IMG/VR virus record: IMGVR_UViG_3300037313_000882
Origin: a virus
Direction: 5' to 3' (one strand)
Length of the DNA: 57,270 nt
In this document: positions 49,970-57,270 of the stretch, in pieces
How positions within the stretch are numbered: the first letter of the stretch is position 1
Layout of the letters: each line of letters begins with the position of its first letter
Translations under genes and position numbers: made by a program
The notes under the pieces: model-generated
Seen by the model: the letters and a program-made list of their open reading frames with translations, nothing else
Database searches by the model: none
Told to the model about the DNA's origin: nothing

Positions 49970-51552
49970 GAGATGCCGTCACCGGTCAGGCGCCAGACCG
50001 TGGCGGCCACCTTCAGGAGCGAGAAGGTTCCGTTGGCCGCGATTGTCCGCGAGCCCGTGGACGATCCCCAGCGCAGAGTGTCCGACGTGCAGGCCAGTGT
50101 AAGATTGCCCGCGCCGTTCTCATTGACCCCGGCCATGACCGTCCCGATGGGAAAGGCCACGGAAGCATTCGCCGGGATGGTCAGGACATGGGCGGTGCCC
50201 GAGGTATGATAGAACGACTTGCCAGCGTCGCTCATGACCATGGTGTAGGAACCCGAAATCAGGTTCTGAGGCGCGCCCAGATAGCCCACGGCCGTTGTCG
50301 AGGGCGTAGAGGCCGGCGTGACGTCGGCCCCCGCAGACAGGGTCTGAAGGCCGCTCCAGGAATTGGCCCCGTTGAGCAGCGGGACATTGCCCCCGGACGT
50401 CCCGGTGTTCTGGGTCGAGGCGGTCCCAAGGCCTAGGCCCGCCGAGCGCATCAGGGCTTGGGTGGACTGGCCGATCAGGGTCCGAGCGACGCTCGTCAGG
50501 TCGGTGACGGTCCCGGCGCCCGACCCCGTGAAATAGAACAGCTTGTCCGCCGCCGAGCTGGACGCCGCAATGGCTGCAAGATTGGCGTTATAGGCTTGGA
50601 CGTCGGTTCCGATAGCCAGACCGAGGTTGGTCCTGGAGGCCGAGGCTGAGGCCACGTCCGACAGGTTGTTGGCCGCAACCAAGCCCCCGGCCGTCCCCGC
50701 CGCTGTCAGCACGCCGCCCGAGAACGACACGCCCGAGCCAATCGTCACAGGCGACCAAGTGTTGGCGGCCGAAAGGTAGTAGAACTTGTCCGTGGTCGAC
50801 GCGGACGCGAAACTCGCCAAGGAGGCGCTGTAAGCCTGGACATTCGTGCCGATCGCCAAGCCGAGATTGGTCCGGGCCGTCGAGGCGCTGGCGAGATCCG
50901 AAAGGTTATTGGCGATCAGTAGGGCGCCGGCCGCGGCCGAGGCGCTAAGCGTGCCCCCTGAGAAGGTCAGGTTGGACCCAATCGTAACGGCGGTCCACGT
51001 CGCTGCGCCCGAGCGATAATAGATCGTGTTCGTGCCCGACAGCGCCGCCAGCGCCGACAGGTCCGCATCGAAGGCCTGCACGTCGGTTCCGATCACGACA
51101 CCCATGGCGGTGCGCTGGGCCGACGCATCAGCGGCGCCTACAATCGCACGCCCCGCCGCCGTGAAGTCGGCCGTCGCCGCTGTGCCCGATCCGGTGAAAT
51201 ACGGGACCTTGTTCGCCGCCGAGGTCAGACCCGCAATGGCTTGCAGCTCGGCGTCGTAGGCCTGGACATTGGTCCCGATCGCAAGTCCGAGATTTGCGCG
51301 ACTTGTGGCGGCGTTGGCGACATCGGAGAGATTGTTGGCGGCCAGCAGCGCGCCCGAAGCCGAGGCGAACGAGATCCAGGACGCCGTCCCGTTGTTCCAC
51401 CAGTAAGCGGCGCTCGTGTCCGTCGTGGTCCAGAACACCGCCGTCGCCGATCCCGGCCCACTCGCAGGAACGCTGGGAACGGGCGTGAACGCCAGGCGCT
51501 CGGCGTCGGTGCCCTGGCCGAGATAGTATTGCAGCGCAGACGGTTGGGTCAT
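49966..51552 (-). CDS. Tail fibre (528 aa) with four NNLSD.A.A...R.NLGLAIGT.VQAY repeats
   Basis: Start at MTQPSALQYY with an ATGA overlap with the ORF at 51549..52253. The upstream 259 codons of track ORF 49966..52329 are rejected. Confidence 0.7.
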   Translation of the reverse strand: MTQPSALQYYLGQGTDAERLAFTPVPSVPASGPGSATAVFWTTTDTSAAYWWNNGTASWISFASASGALLAANNLSDVANAATSRANLGLAIGTNVQAYDAELQAIAGLTSAANKVPYFTGSGTAATADFTAAGRAIVGAADASAQRTAMGVVIGTDVQAFDADLSALAALSGTNTIYYRSGAATWTAVTIGSNLTFSGGTLSASAAAGALLIANNLSDLASASTARTNLGLAIGTNVQAYSASLASFASASTTDKFYYLSAANTWSPVTIGSGVSFSGGVLTAAGTAGGLVAANNLSDVASASASRTNLGLAIGTDVQAYNANLAAIAASSSAADKLFYFTGSGAGTVTDLTSVARTLIGQSTQALMRSAGLGLGTASTQNTGTSGGNVPLLNGANSWSGLQTLSAGADVTPASTPSTTAVGYLGAPQNLISGSYTMVMSDAGKSFYHTSGTAHVLTIPANASVAFPIGTVMAGVNENGAGNLTLACTSDTLRWGSSTGSRTIAANGTFSLLKVAATVWRLTGDGIS

Positions 51553-52253
51553 GGATCGAAGGCCACCATCACGGGGTTGCCCAGGCCGTCCGACAAGAAG
51601 ACCATGGGTTCGGAGCCCGTCGTCATGGGCTGGTAGGCTTGGCCCTTGAGCACGGTCCCGCTCATCGAGAGCGCCCCGGCCAGGGTGATTTCCTGAAGGG
51701 TCCCGGCGCCCGCGCCTTCGCCCCGCCCCACGAGGATTTCGGCCTGCGAGGACGCCTGCATCTTGGCGTAGGTCACGGCGCCGTTCTGGATGGTCGCCGG
51801 GACGCTCCCCGGCCCCGTGGCGACCACATCTCCGGTCAAGGCCGTGATACCGCTCCCGGCCCCGGAGATGGCGATATTGGCCGCCGCCGTCACCCGGCCC
51901 TTGGCGTCCAAGGTGACTTGGGCCACATGGGTCGCGTCGCCGAAGGTGCCGACATTGGGATTGACGTTGGCGAGCCGGGCGTCCGGGACAGTGCCCTTGA
52001 CCAGATCGCTCGCTGATCCCGTGGTGGCGATCTTGGCGAGGTTGTTGTAGTTCTGGCCCTGCTGATCGACCTTGGCCGACAGCGCTTCCAGTTCCAGCAC
52101 GTTGGCCGTGATCTGGTTGAGCGCCGTCTTCAGCGTGTTCAACAGACTGTTGAACCAGCCGATGAATGTGAAGGTGGGCTTGCCGTTCTTGTCGGCGATG
52201 GGTGAGTTCGCCGAGAGGCCGGGAAAGTTGAAGGGGTCGATCTGCGTCGGCAT
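51549..52253 (-). CDS. Tail fibre / adaptor protein (234 aa)
   Basis: ORF track. MPTQIDPFNFPGLSANSPIADKNGKPTFTFIGWFNSLL is followed by a coiled-coil segment and a GDATHVAQVTLDAKGRVTAAANI fibre motif. Confidence 0.6.
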   Translation of the reverse strand: MPTQIDPFNFPGLSANSPIADKNGKPTFTFIGWFNSLLNTLKTALNQITANVLELEALSAKVDQQGQNYNNLAKIATTGSASDLVKGTVPDARLANVNPNVGTFGDATHVAQVTLDAKGRVTAAANIAISGAGSGITALTGDVVATGPGSVPATIQNGAVTYAKMQASSQAEILVGRGEGAGAGTLQEITLAGALSMSGTVLKGQAYQPMTTGSEPMVFLSDGLGNPVMVAFDP

Positions 52254-54235
52254 CAGGTTTCCGCCGGCTGCGCGTCGATAAAGGCGCTTTGGACGGCGTA
52301 GCCGCCTGGCGCATCCCAGAAGAGTTCAAAGACCCGATCCCGCGCCATGCCGAGGCGAGGCCAGGTGGGCTGCGTGAGATACTGGCCCGTAGCCCCCAGG
52401 CTTTGGCGCACCGGATCGCCCCAGGTCTGCCCTCGCGTGTCAGACCAGCGCAGGGAAATCAGCGGCGCCTCATCCACGGAGAGGCCGGCTTGCTGGGCGA
52501 CGGAAATGTCCGCCGTGAACCGGCTGTAGCTCAGCCGCTTGCCATCGTTCACCAGATGCGGAAAGCCCCTGCGACGAACGATGGGGTCGCCATCATCGGT
52601 GTAGGTGTCGAGGCTCCAATTGTAGAGCCGCCCGTCTTCCCAGTCCCCGGCCACCATGACGCCATAGACGAAGGTCGCGTCCGACACCCGATGGCGCCAT
52701 TCGCGTCCGTCGCTGTCCGTCCAGGTGCGCTCATGCCAGAGCTGGGTTGCGAGGTCGAAGGCCCACGTCGCGCCCCGGAACGTATCGGTGATCACCGGGA
52801 AGTTCAGGACATAGAAGGTATGGCCTTCCTGCTGGTAGACGAAGGCCGAGGCGTTCAGGATGGCGGCGTTGGGATAGGCCGAGATCGCGAACTCCAGGGC
52901 ATGGGTCGAGATCCGATTGACGGCATAGGAGGCCGCCTGGAGGACCAGGCAATGGCCCTGGCTGTTGCGCCCCAGCCAGATCGCGTCGATGTCCGTGGAA
53001 GCCACGCTATAGGGCGCGTTGCAGCCGTACTGGACGAAGACGCTGTCCACCCGCGCGAAAGGGAAAACGGGATCGGCATTGTAGGACCAGACTTCCGAGG
53101 TCTGTCGTCCCAGGAGCCAGACTTCCCCTCGGCTCACGATCATGTTGACGATGGAGTCGGCGCCGTCGACCTTGGTCGCGAAGTCCAACGGATCAAAACC
53201 CGTCAGGCCGACATCCGAGACGATCCAGCTAAAGCCCGACCCAGACCCGGAAATCGTGTCGACCGTGTAGGTGAACCCTATCCCGGTTCCCATGAGGTCC
53301 GAGGTCAAGACATCGCCCACGGCATAGCCCGCCCCCGGCGATACCGGCGTGACGAGAGTGACAGCGCCCCCATCGACCGTGATGTCCGCCGTGAACCCGG
53401 CCCCGGAGCCTCCCGTCAGCGGAACCTCGGCATAGAAGCCGTTGACGTAGCCTGCGCCGCCCGCCAGGGTCGCCGTCGCCACATGGCCGTTCAGGTTGGT
53501 GGTGAGGACGTCCCCGACCTTGTAGGGGCCACCTCCGTCGACAATCGTGACGGCGGTGACGACGCCTCCGCTCACCGTCACGTCCGCCGTCATTGGCGTC
53601 GTGGGCGAGCCGCCCGTAAAGCTTAGACCCGCATAGGTCCCATCGGCATAGCCCGAACCCACTCCTGAAATCACGCCATCCTGAGCCGGGCCGCCCGTCA
53701 GGTCCGCAAACGTCACGTTGGGGAGCGAAATATACCACTGCGCGCTGATCGTGGTGACGAACGCGGTCGGGTCGGGCCTGTTCAGCAGGAAATAGGTGTC
53801 GAGGTACCAGACCGACGTTCCGCCATAGAACGACTCCCCGACGATCTGGGCGAAATCGTTGTTGGACAGATCGATGGCCCAGCCATTGTTCGGCGTGCCG
53901 TCCACCAAGATCAGCACGAGGCCATTGTCCGACATCACCACGGGGTCATCGCCGGGCGGTATGGTGCCCAGGAGCGTGCGGTTGAAGGAGCTGTCCAGCA
54001 CGAAGACCTGACCGCCCTCCACCACGTAGAGGACACCGTTCGAGGCCTTGTAGATGCATCGGCAGTTGCTGGAAGTGGCGGCGGCGATGCGCGTGAGGCC
54101 CGGCGTGGGATAGTGGGTCGCAAGCGCGGGCGCGTCCGGCGCCCCAACCTCGGGATAGAGGTTGACGCAGCGCTGGGCGTTGCTGATCAGGCTGCGCGCC
54201 GTATAAGCGCCCGATGTGAGTTGGATGCGGGCCAT
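52253..54235 (-). CDS. Tail tubular protein B / tail hub-like (660 aa)
   Basis: The N-terminal MARIQLTSGAYTARSLISNAQRCVNLYPE is typical of podovirus nozzle/hub proteins. It carries an internal tandem repeat of ~55 aa. Confidence 0.5.
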   Translation of the reverse strand: MARIQLTSGAYTARSLISNAQRCVNLYPEVGAPDAPALATHYPTPGLTRIAAATSSNCRCIYKASNGVLYVVEGGQVFVLDSSFNRTLLGTIPPGDDPVVMSDNGLVLILVDGTPNNGWAIDLSNNDFAQIVGESFYGGTSVWYLDTYFLLNRPDPTAFVTTISAQWYISLPNVTFADLTGGPAQDGVISGVGSGYADGTYAGLSFTGGSPTTPMTADVTVSGGVVTAVTIVDGGGPYKVGDVLTTNLNGHVATATLAGGAGYVNGFYAEVPLTGGSGAGFTADITVDGGAVTLVTPVSPGAGYAVGDVLTSDLMGTGIGFTYTVDTISGSGSGFSWIVSDVGLTGFDPLDFATKVDGADSIVNMIVSRGEVWLLGRQTSEVWSYNADPVFPFARVDSVFVQYGCNAPYSVASTDIDAIWLGRNSQGHCLVLQAASYAVNRISTHALEFAISAYPNAAILNASAFVYQQEGHTFYVLNFPVITDTFRGATWAFDLATQLWHERTWTDSDGREWRHRVSDATFVYGVMVAGDWEDGRLYNWSLDTYTDDGDPIVRRRGFPHLVNDGKRLSYSRFTADISVAQQAGLSVDEAPLISLRWSDTRGQTWGDPVRQSLGATGQYLTQPTWPRLGMARDRVFELFWDAPGGYAVQSAFIDAQPAET

Positions 54236-54269
54236 CGGACGTCTTGGTTTTCGCTAAGTCCTTGATTTC

Positions 54270-54995
54270 CTAGATGAACTGGTCGCTCTGGATGATGTAG
54301 TTCGCCGGGCTGCGATTGGCCGCGCCCCGCGGCATACCGAGCGTCGCGATCTGGAAGTTGGAGGACCGAAGCGTCTCTCGGGCGCCCTTGGCGTTGCCCC
54401 CCAAGATCGGGTCCGGCGGGAGCTGATAGGCCATGCGGTTGCGTTCCATCAGGCTCAGATAGATCGCGTCCTGGTATTCGGGCGGCAGATTGACTTCTTG
54501 GTCGAGGTCGGCCGGGACGCTGTCCAGCGTGTCCTTGACGAGGATGTGCAGGGTGTAGCCGTTGCCCGGCAGCGGCCACGGATAGGCCTTCCCGGTCGGA
54601 TAGCCGCTGTCGTAGAAGATCGCGACTGGGGGAGAGGCCTGGAGCGTCGGGGTCGAGATGCGGACGTATTCCTCATAGGAGGAGATGATCCGCAGCGGAT
54701 AGTTCACCGGCAGGTTCGGGACGTTGAGCTGCCGCGAATAGGCCCCCTCGATCTTGTCGGGACGGGTGACGTCCAGATCCAGTCCCGGACCCACCTCGTA
54801 AAACAGCGAGCCGTCGCAATTGCAGGAGATGTCCACCAGATGGTAGACGAGCCAGCGGCGACGTCTCCACTGGCCCAGCATCATGTTGCAGCGGAGCGCG
54901 GTGTCGGCCGTGTCTTCCGGCAGGGCGGATTGGCCGACACCGAGCACGCCGGAGTCCTTGAGCGTCAACTGGAGGAGTTGCGCCCAGGTCGTCAT
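54270..54995 (-). CDS. Tail tubular protein A / adaptor-like (241 aa)
   Basis: The N-terminal LTLKDSGVLGVGQSALPEDTADTALRCNMMLGQWRRRRW pattern is seen in podovirus adaptor proteins. It lies upstream of the hub gene. Confidence 0.45.
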   Translation of the reverse strand: MTTWAQLLQLTLKDSGVLGVGQSALPEDTADTALRCNMMLGQWRRRRWLVYHLVDISCNCDGSLFYEVGPGLDLDVTRPDKIEGAYSRQLNVPNLPVNYPLRIISSYEEYVRISTPTLQASPPVAIFYDSGYPTGKAYPWPLPGNGYTLHILVKDTLDSVPADLDQEVNLPPEYQDAIYLSLMERNRMAYQLPPDPILGGNAKGARETLRSSNFQIATLGMPRGAANRSPANYIIQSDQFI

Positions 54996-55339
54996 CAGGA
55001 GGCCGCCAGGCGCTTCTTGTGGGCCTCGATCTCCGAGGCGATGCGCTCCACCTTCCAGCGCTTGTCGATCGTCGCGCCCACCCGGTCGGCCTCGATGTAG
55101 AGCGCGGCCCGGTCGTCGTCCTCGGTGCGCATCCGGCCGTCGACCATGGCGACCTCGGAGCCCATCAGGAGGTCGAATTCCTCCTGGGTCTGCACTTCCA
55201 CGACAGGCAGGAGCTTCCGCAGCTTGCCCACCTGTTCATAGGGCGTCTCGCTAGGCGTCCCATCAGGTTTGATGGGTACGGCGCGGGGGAACTCGCGGTA
55301 CTCCCACGGCGGAAATTCCATGGCGCTATACAAAGTCAT
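54995..55339 (-). CDS. Hypothetical protein (114 aa)
   Basis: ORF track. Confidence 0.5.
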   Translation of the reverse strand: MTLYSAMEFPPWEYREFPRAVPIKPDGTPSETPYEQVGKLRKLLPVVEVQTQEEFDLLMGSEVAMVDGRMRTEDDDRAALYIEADRVGATIDKRWKVERIASEIEAHKKRLAAS

Positions 55340-55862
55340 AGGCGACCTCTGCTTGGTGAGCGATGGGTTTGCGGCCCCAGCGGCGCGGGCGCCGATTGGC
55401 GGCCTGTTCTTTTGGCGTCGCCCAGCGACAGTTGCCGGGCTCGTAATCGCCGTCGTTGTCGATGCGGTCGAGCGTCAGGTTGTCGGCGTATCCGGGGGCC
55501 ATGTCGGCGTGGAAATTGGCGAACTCCAGCCACCGATCACAGACCCGAATGCCCCTTGCGCCATAGCGCTCAAAGCACGAGACATTCGGGTTTCGGCAGC
55601 GCGAAAGCATGTTCGCCCAGCAGCGATAGATCCGCGTGCCGAAGAGGCCATGTCTTTTAACGGCAGCGCGGGCCCGGTCCCTCTGAAGGCATCCGCAACT
55701 CTTGACGTCCCCCTTCAGAAGATCGCGGCTCGGCCGAGAAACGATAGCGCCGCATTCACAGCGGCAGCTCCACACCATTCCTCTGTTTGGATCGCGCCCT
55801 TCAAGCGATTGAACATAGAGCCGCCCGAACGTCTGGCCTTCGATATTTCGGAAGCGCGTCAC
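55326..55862 (-). CDS. HNH-type (HNH_3-like) free-standing endonuclease (178 aa, GTG start)
   Basis: GQTFGRLYV...WSCRCECG...SCGC zinc module plus YRCWANMLSRC...YGARGIRVCDRW...LTLDRIDNDGDYEPGNCRWATPKEQAANR. Confidence 0.6.
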   Translation of the reverse strand: MTRFRNIEGQTFGRLYVQSLEGRDPNRGMVWSCRCECGAIVSRPSRDLLKGDVKSCGCLQRDRARAAVKRHGLFGTRIYRCWANMLSRCRNPNVSCFERYGARGIRVCDRWLEFANFHADMAPGYADNLTLDRIDNDGDYEPGNCRWATPKEQAANRRPRRWGRKPIAHQAEVAYDFV

Positions 55863-55941
55863 GGGCAGGCCTCTCGGGCTGTTTGTCCACTCTTGGGACT
55901 ATCGCCCGAAACGGCCGTCTAAACAATACTAGATTGGTAGG

Positions 55942-55971
55942 AATTGAAGGCTGATGGTGCAGCCTTCAATT
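55942..55971 (-). terminator. 12-bp perfect hairpin between the two nuclease genes
   Basis: AATTGAAGGCTG, loop atggtg, then CAGCCTTCAATT. Confidence 0.5.
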
Positions 55972-55980
55972 GGCCGCTAT

Positions 55981-56964
55981 CTACCTTTGGCGCGCAATCA
56001 GTACCCTATGGAGGGGCCAGCCTCGGCGGATGCGCCCAAGAACCGTGTGAGGCGCCAAACCGACGCGCCGGGCTGCGTCCGACGCGCACATGGTTCCCCA
56101 TTCCGTTTCAAGCATGATCTCGTGCGGGCGAGGCTCGACCTTTTCAGGGCGACCGGCTGCCTTCGCCGCAGCGTGTGGATCTTCCCACTTTTCGAGGTAG
56201 GAAATCATTGCTTCCAGCCACGTTTTAGACTCTTGGATTTTTCCGAGAGTAGAATTGCAGGTCCAGCACAGTAGGTCTCGGACGACGCCAGTCTTGTGGC
56301 AATGATCGACGGACAAGCTCTTAGGGGCTTTCCTTTTGTGGTCAATTGCCGACTCCTCCCGCCCGCAGATCGCACATTTCCCATCTTGTGCCGCAAACAT
56401 CGCCTCGTAAATTTCTTCGGTAATTCCGAAATCCCGGACGAGATGGCGACGCTTGTCAAAGTCTGGTCGCCGAGCTTTTTGCGCCTGCCACTTTCGGGCG
56501 TAAAAGGCCTTGTCTGTTTCATCCGGCTCGCGCCGAATATGCTCTTTCCACACCCAGTTGTCCGGGCTGTAAGCTTCGTGCGGTACCCGTCTGGCCAGAT
56601 AGTGGCGCGAGCTAGGACGTTCGCCGATATCTGCGGCAAATTGCCGAAAATCGTTCCAGGCCTCGCACAGGCCGCCGCGGCATTTCCGCTCCCACCAAAT
56701 CCTGTAGAGCGGGTGCCCTTGAACGCCGCTGAGAGGAAGTCCTTGATCGGCGCGCTTTGCGATCCACTGCAACCGATAGTGACGGGCGCAGAGGCCCTTT
56801 GCCGTCGCCTTCCTGTCGCAGTCCGACACACTACACGGAAGCCCCAGTTTTCGCTGAGGCTTTCCTTCCTCTCGGCGCTTTAGATGCTCCCACTCGCGAT
56901 GATACCGGCGCCGAAATTCGGCTTCGCTTTCGTCTGGGCGGCGGGTGATATTGGGGGAAGCCAT
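55981..56964 (-). CDS. Endonuclease VII-family (His-Me finger) free-standing nuclease with a C-terminal HTH (327 aa)
   Basis: DGKCAICGREE...LSVDHCHKTGVVRDLLCWTCNSTLGKI matches the recombination endonuclease VII motif. Start at MASPNITRRP with a GAGAAGG RBS. Confidence 0.7.
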   Translation of the reverse strand: MASPNITRRPDESEAEFRRRYHREWEHLKRREEGKPQRKLGLPCSVSDCDRKATAKGLCARHYRLQWIAKRADQGLPLSGVQGHPLYRIWWERKCRGGLCEAWNDFRQFAADIGERPSSRHYLARRVPHEAYSPDNWVWKEHIRREPDETDKAFYARKWQAQKARRPDFDKRRHLVRDFGITEEIYEAMFAAQDGKCAICGREESAIDHKRKAPKSLSVDHCHKTGVVRDLLCWTCNSTLGKIQESKTWLEAMISYLEKWEDPHAAAKAAGRPEKVEPRPHEIMLETEWGTMCASDAARRVGLAPHTVLGRIRRGWPLHRVLIARQR

Positions 56965-57049
56965 GCTGAGCCTTCTCATTCAAGGTTCGTGTGGTTAGGG
57001 GGTGATTGGCGCTGCGAACGTCGATCACCCCCGCAATCTATTTCATTGA

Positions 57050-57092
57050 ATCAACAAGAGAAAGGGGCCAACTCGTTTCCGAGCGGCCCCTC
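57050..57092 (-). terminator. Rho-independent terminator after the capsid gene
   Basis: The minus strand reads AGGGGCC..CTCG-loop-CGAG..GGCCCCT followed by TTTCTCTTGTTG. Confidence 0.65.
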
Positions 57093-57119
57093 CAGATCAC
57101 TTTACTGTGTCTTGTGATG

Positions 57120-57270
57120 TCAGGCGAGATCGCCTACGACACATCCCCATTCAGGCCGGACATAGAGGTAACCGAACAAGCAGTCCACGCGGTCCACGAA
57201 CTGGTCGGTCGCCACGTTGTAGAAGTTCCGGATGACCCGGATCGCCAGGCCATCGCTTTCCGCGCGGGCG
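57120..57270 (-). CDS. 3' end of the major capsid gene (stop at 57120); 57144..57270 duplicates 1..127
   Basis: Reading through the junction gives ...YLYVRPEWGCVVGDLA followed by a stop. The total is 407 aa. Confidence 0.8.
   Translation of the reverse strand, partial: ARAESDGLAIRVIRNFYNVATDQFVDRVDCLFGYLYVRPEWGCVVGDLA
57144..57270. repeat. Terminal direct repeat copy 2
   Basis: Identical to 1..127. Confidence 0.95.

Noticed and set aside
51553-52329. N-terminal 259 codons of the 787-aa ORF 49966..52329
   Set aside because: This part is Arg/Gly/Pro-rich junk overlapping the 234-aa fibre gene out of frame. A proper ATGA-coupled start (MTQPSALQYY) exists at 51552.

Overview
The window is a complete, circularly closed phage genome of about 57.14 kb. 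The first 127 nt recur exactly as the last 127 nt, and this overlap lies inside the major capsid gene. It reads as a high-GC temperate podovirus-like phage. A GcrA-like regulator suggests an alphaproteobacterial host. The layout is lambda-like. A divergent Cro-like/CI-like switch sits at ~22.7-23.3 kb with repeated ATGTGCA(C/T) operators. The rightward (+) arm at 23-33 kb carries many small early genes, Rad52-like annealase, NinB, HNH, xis and a tyrosine integrase, followed by a full tRNA-Val(CAC). The leftward (-) arm carries a GcrA-like regulator, Dam-class methylase, DnaA-C-like and winged-helix proteins, primase/helicase and an iteron-rich ori-like spacer. It continues with an extra fibre cluster containing a Maf/DUF115-like enzyme, then terS, terL, a P22-like portal, scaffold and a P22-coat-like capsid that wraps the junction. 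Two free-standing HNH/EndoVII nucleases follow, then tail tubular A/B-like proteins, fibres, tailspike, internal virion proteins (one with an SLT domain) and a lysis cassette with embedded Rz/Rz1. The accessory region at 32.8-37.2 kb, between integrase/tRNA and the lysis genes, is the most unusual part. It holds a T5orf172 (GIY-YIG-like) ORF with no canonical start of its own abutting the tRNA, a short stand-alone DUF262 protein and a gene split at a G6 tract. It also holds a 2.3-kb cassette bounded by perfect 20-bp inverted repeats, which carries a small regulator-like protein, ~0.5 kb of non-coding leader and an unassignable 395-aa two-TM protein, with no recombinase. All family calls rest on motif recognition by eye; no database search was possible. 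Many long ORFs in the supplied track are antisense artefacts of high-GC DNA.
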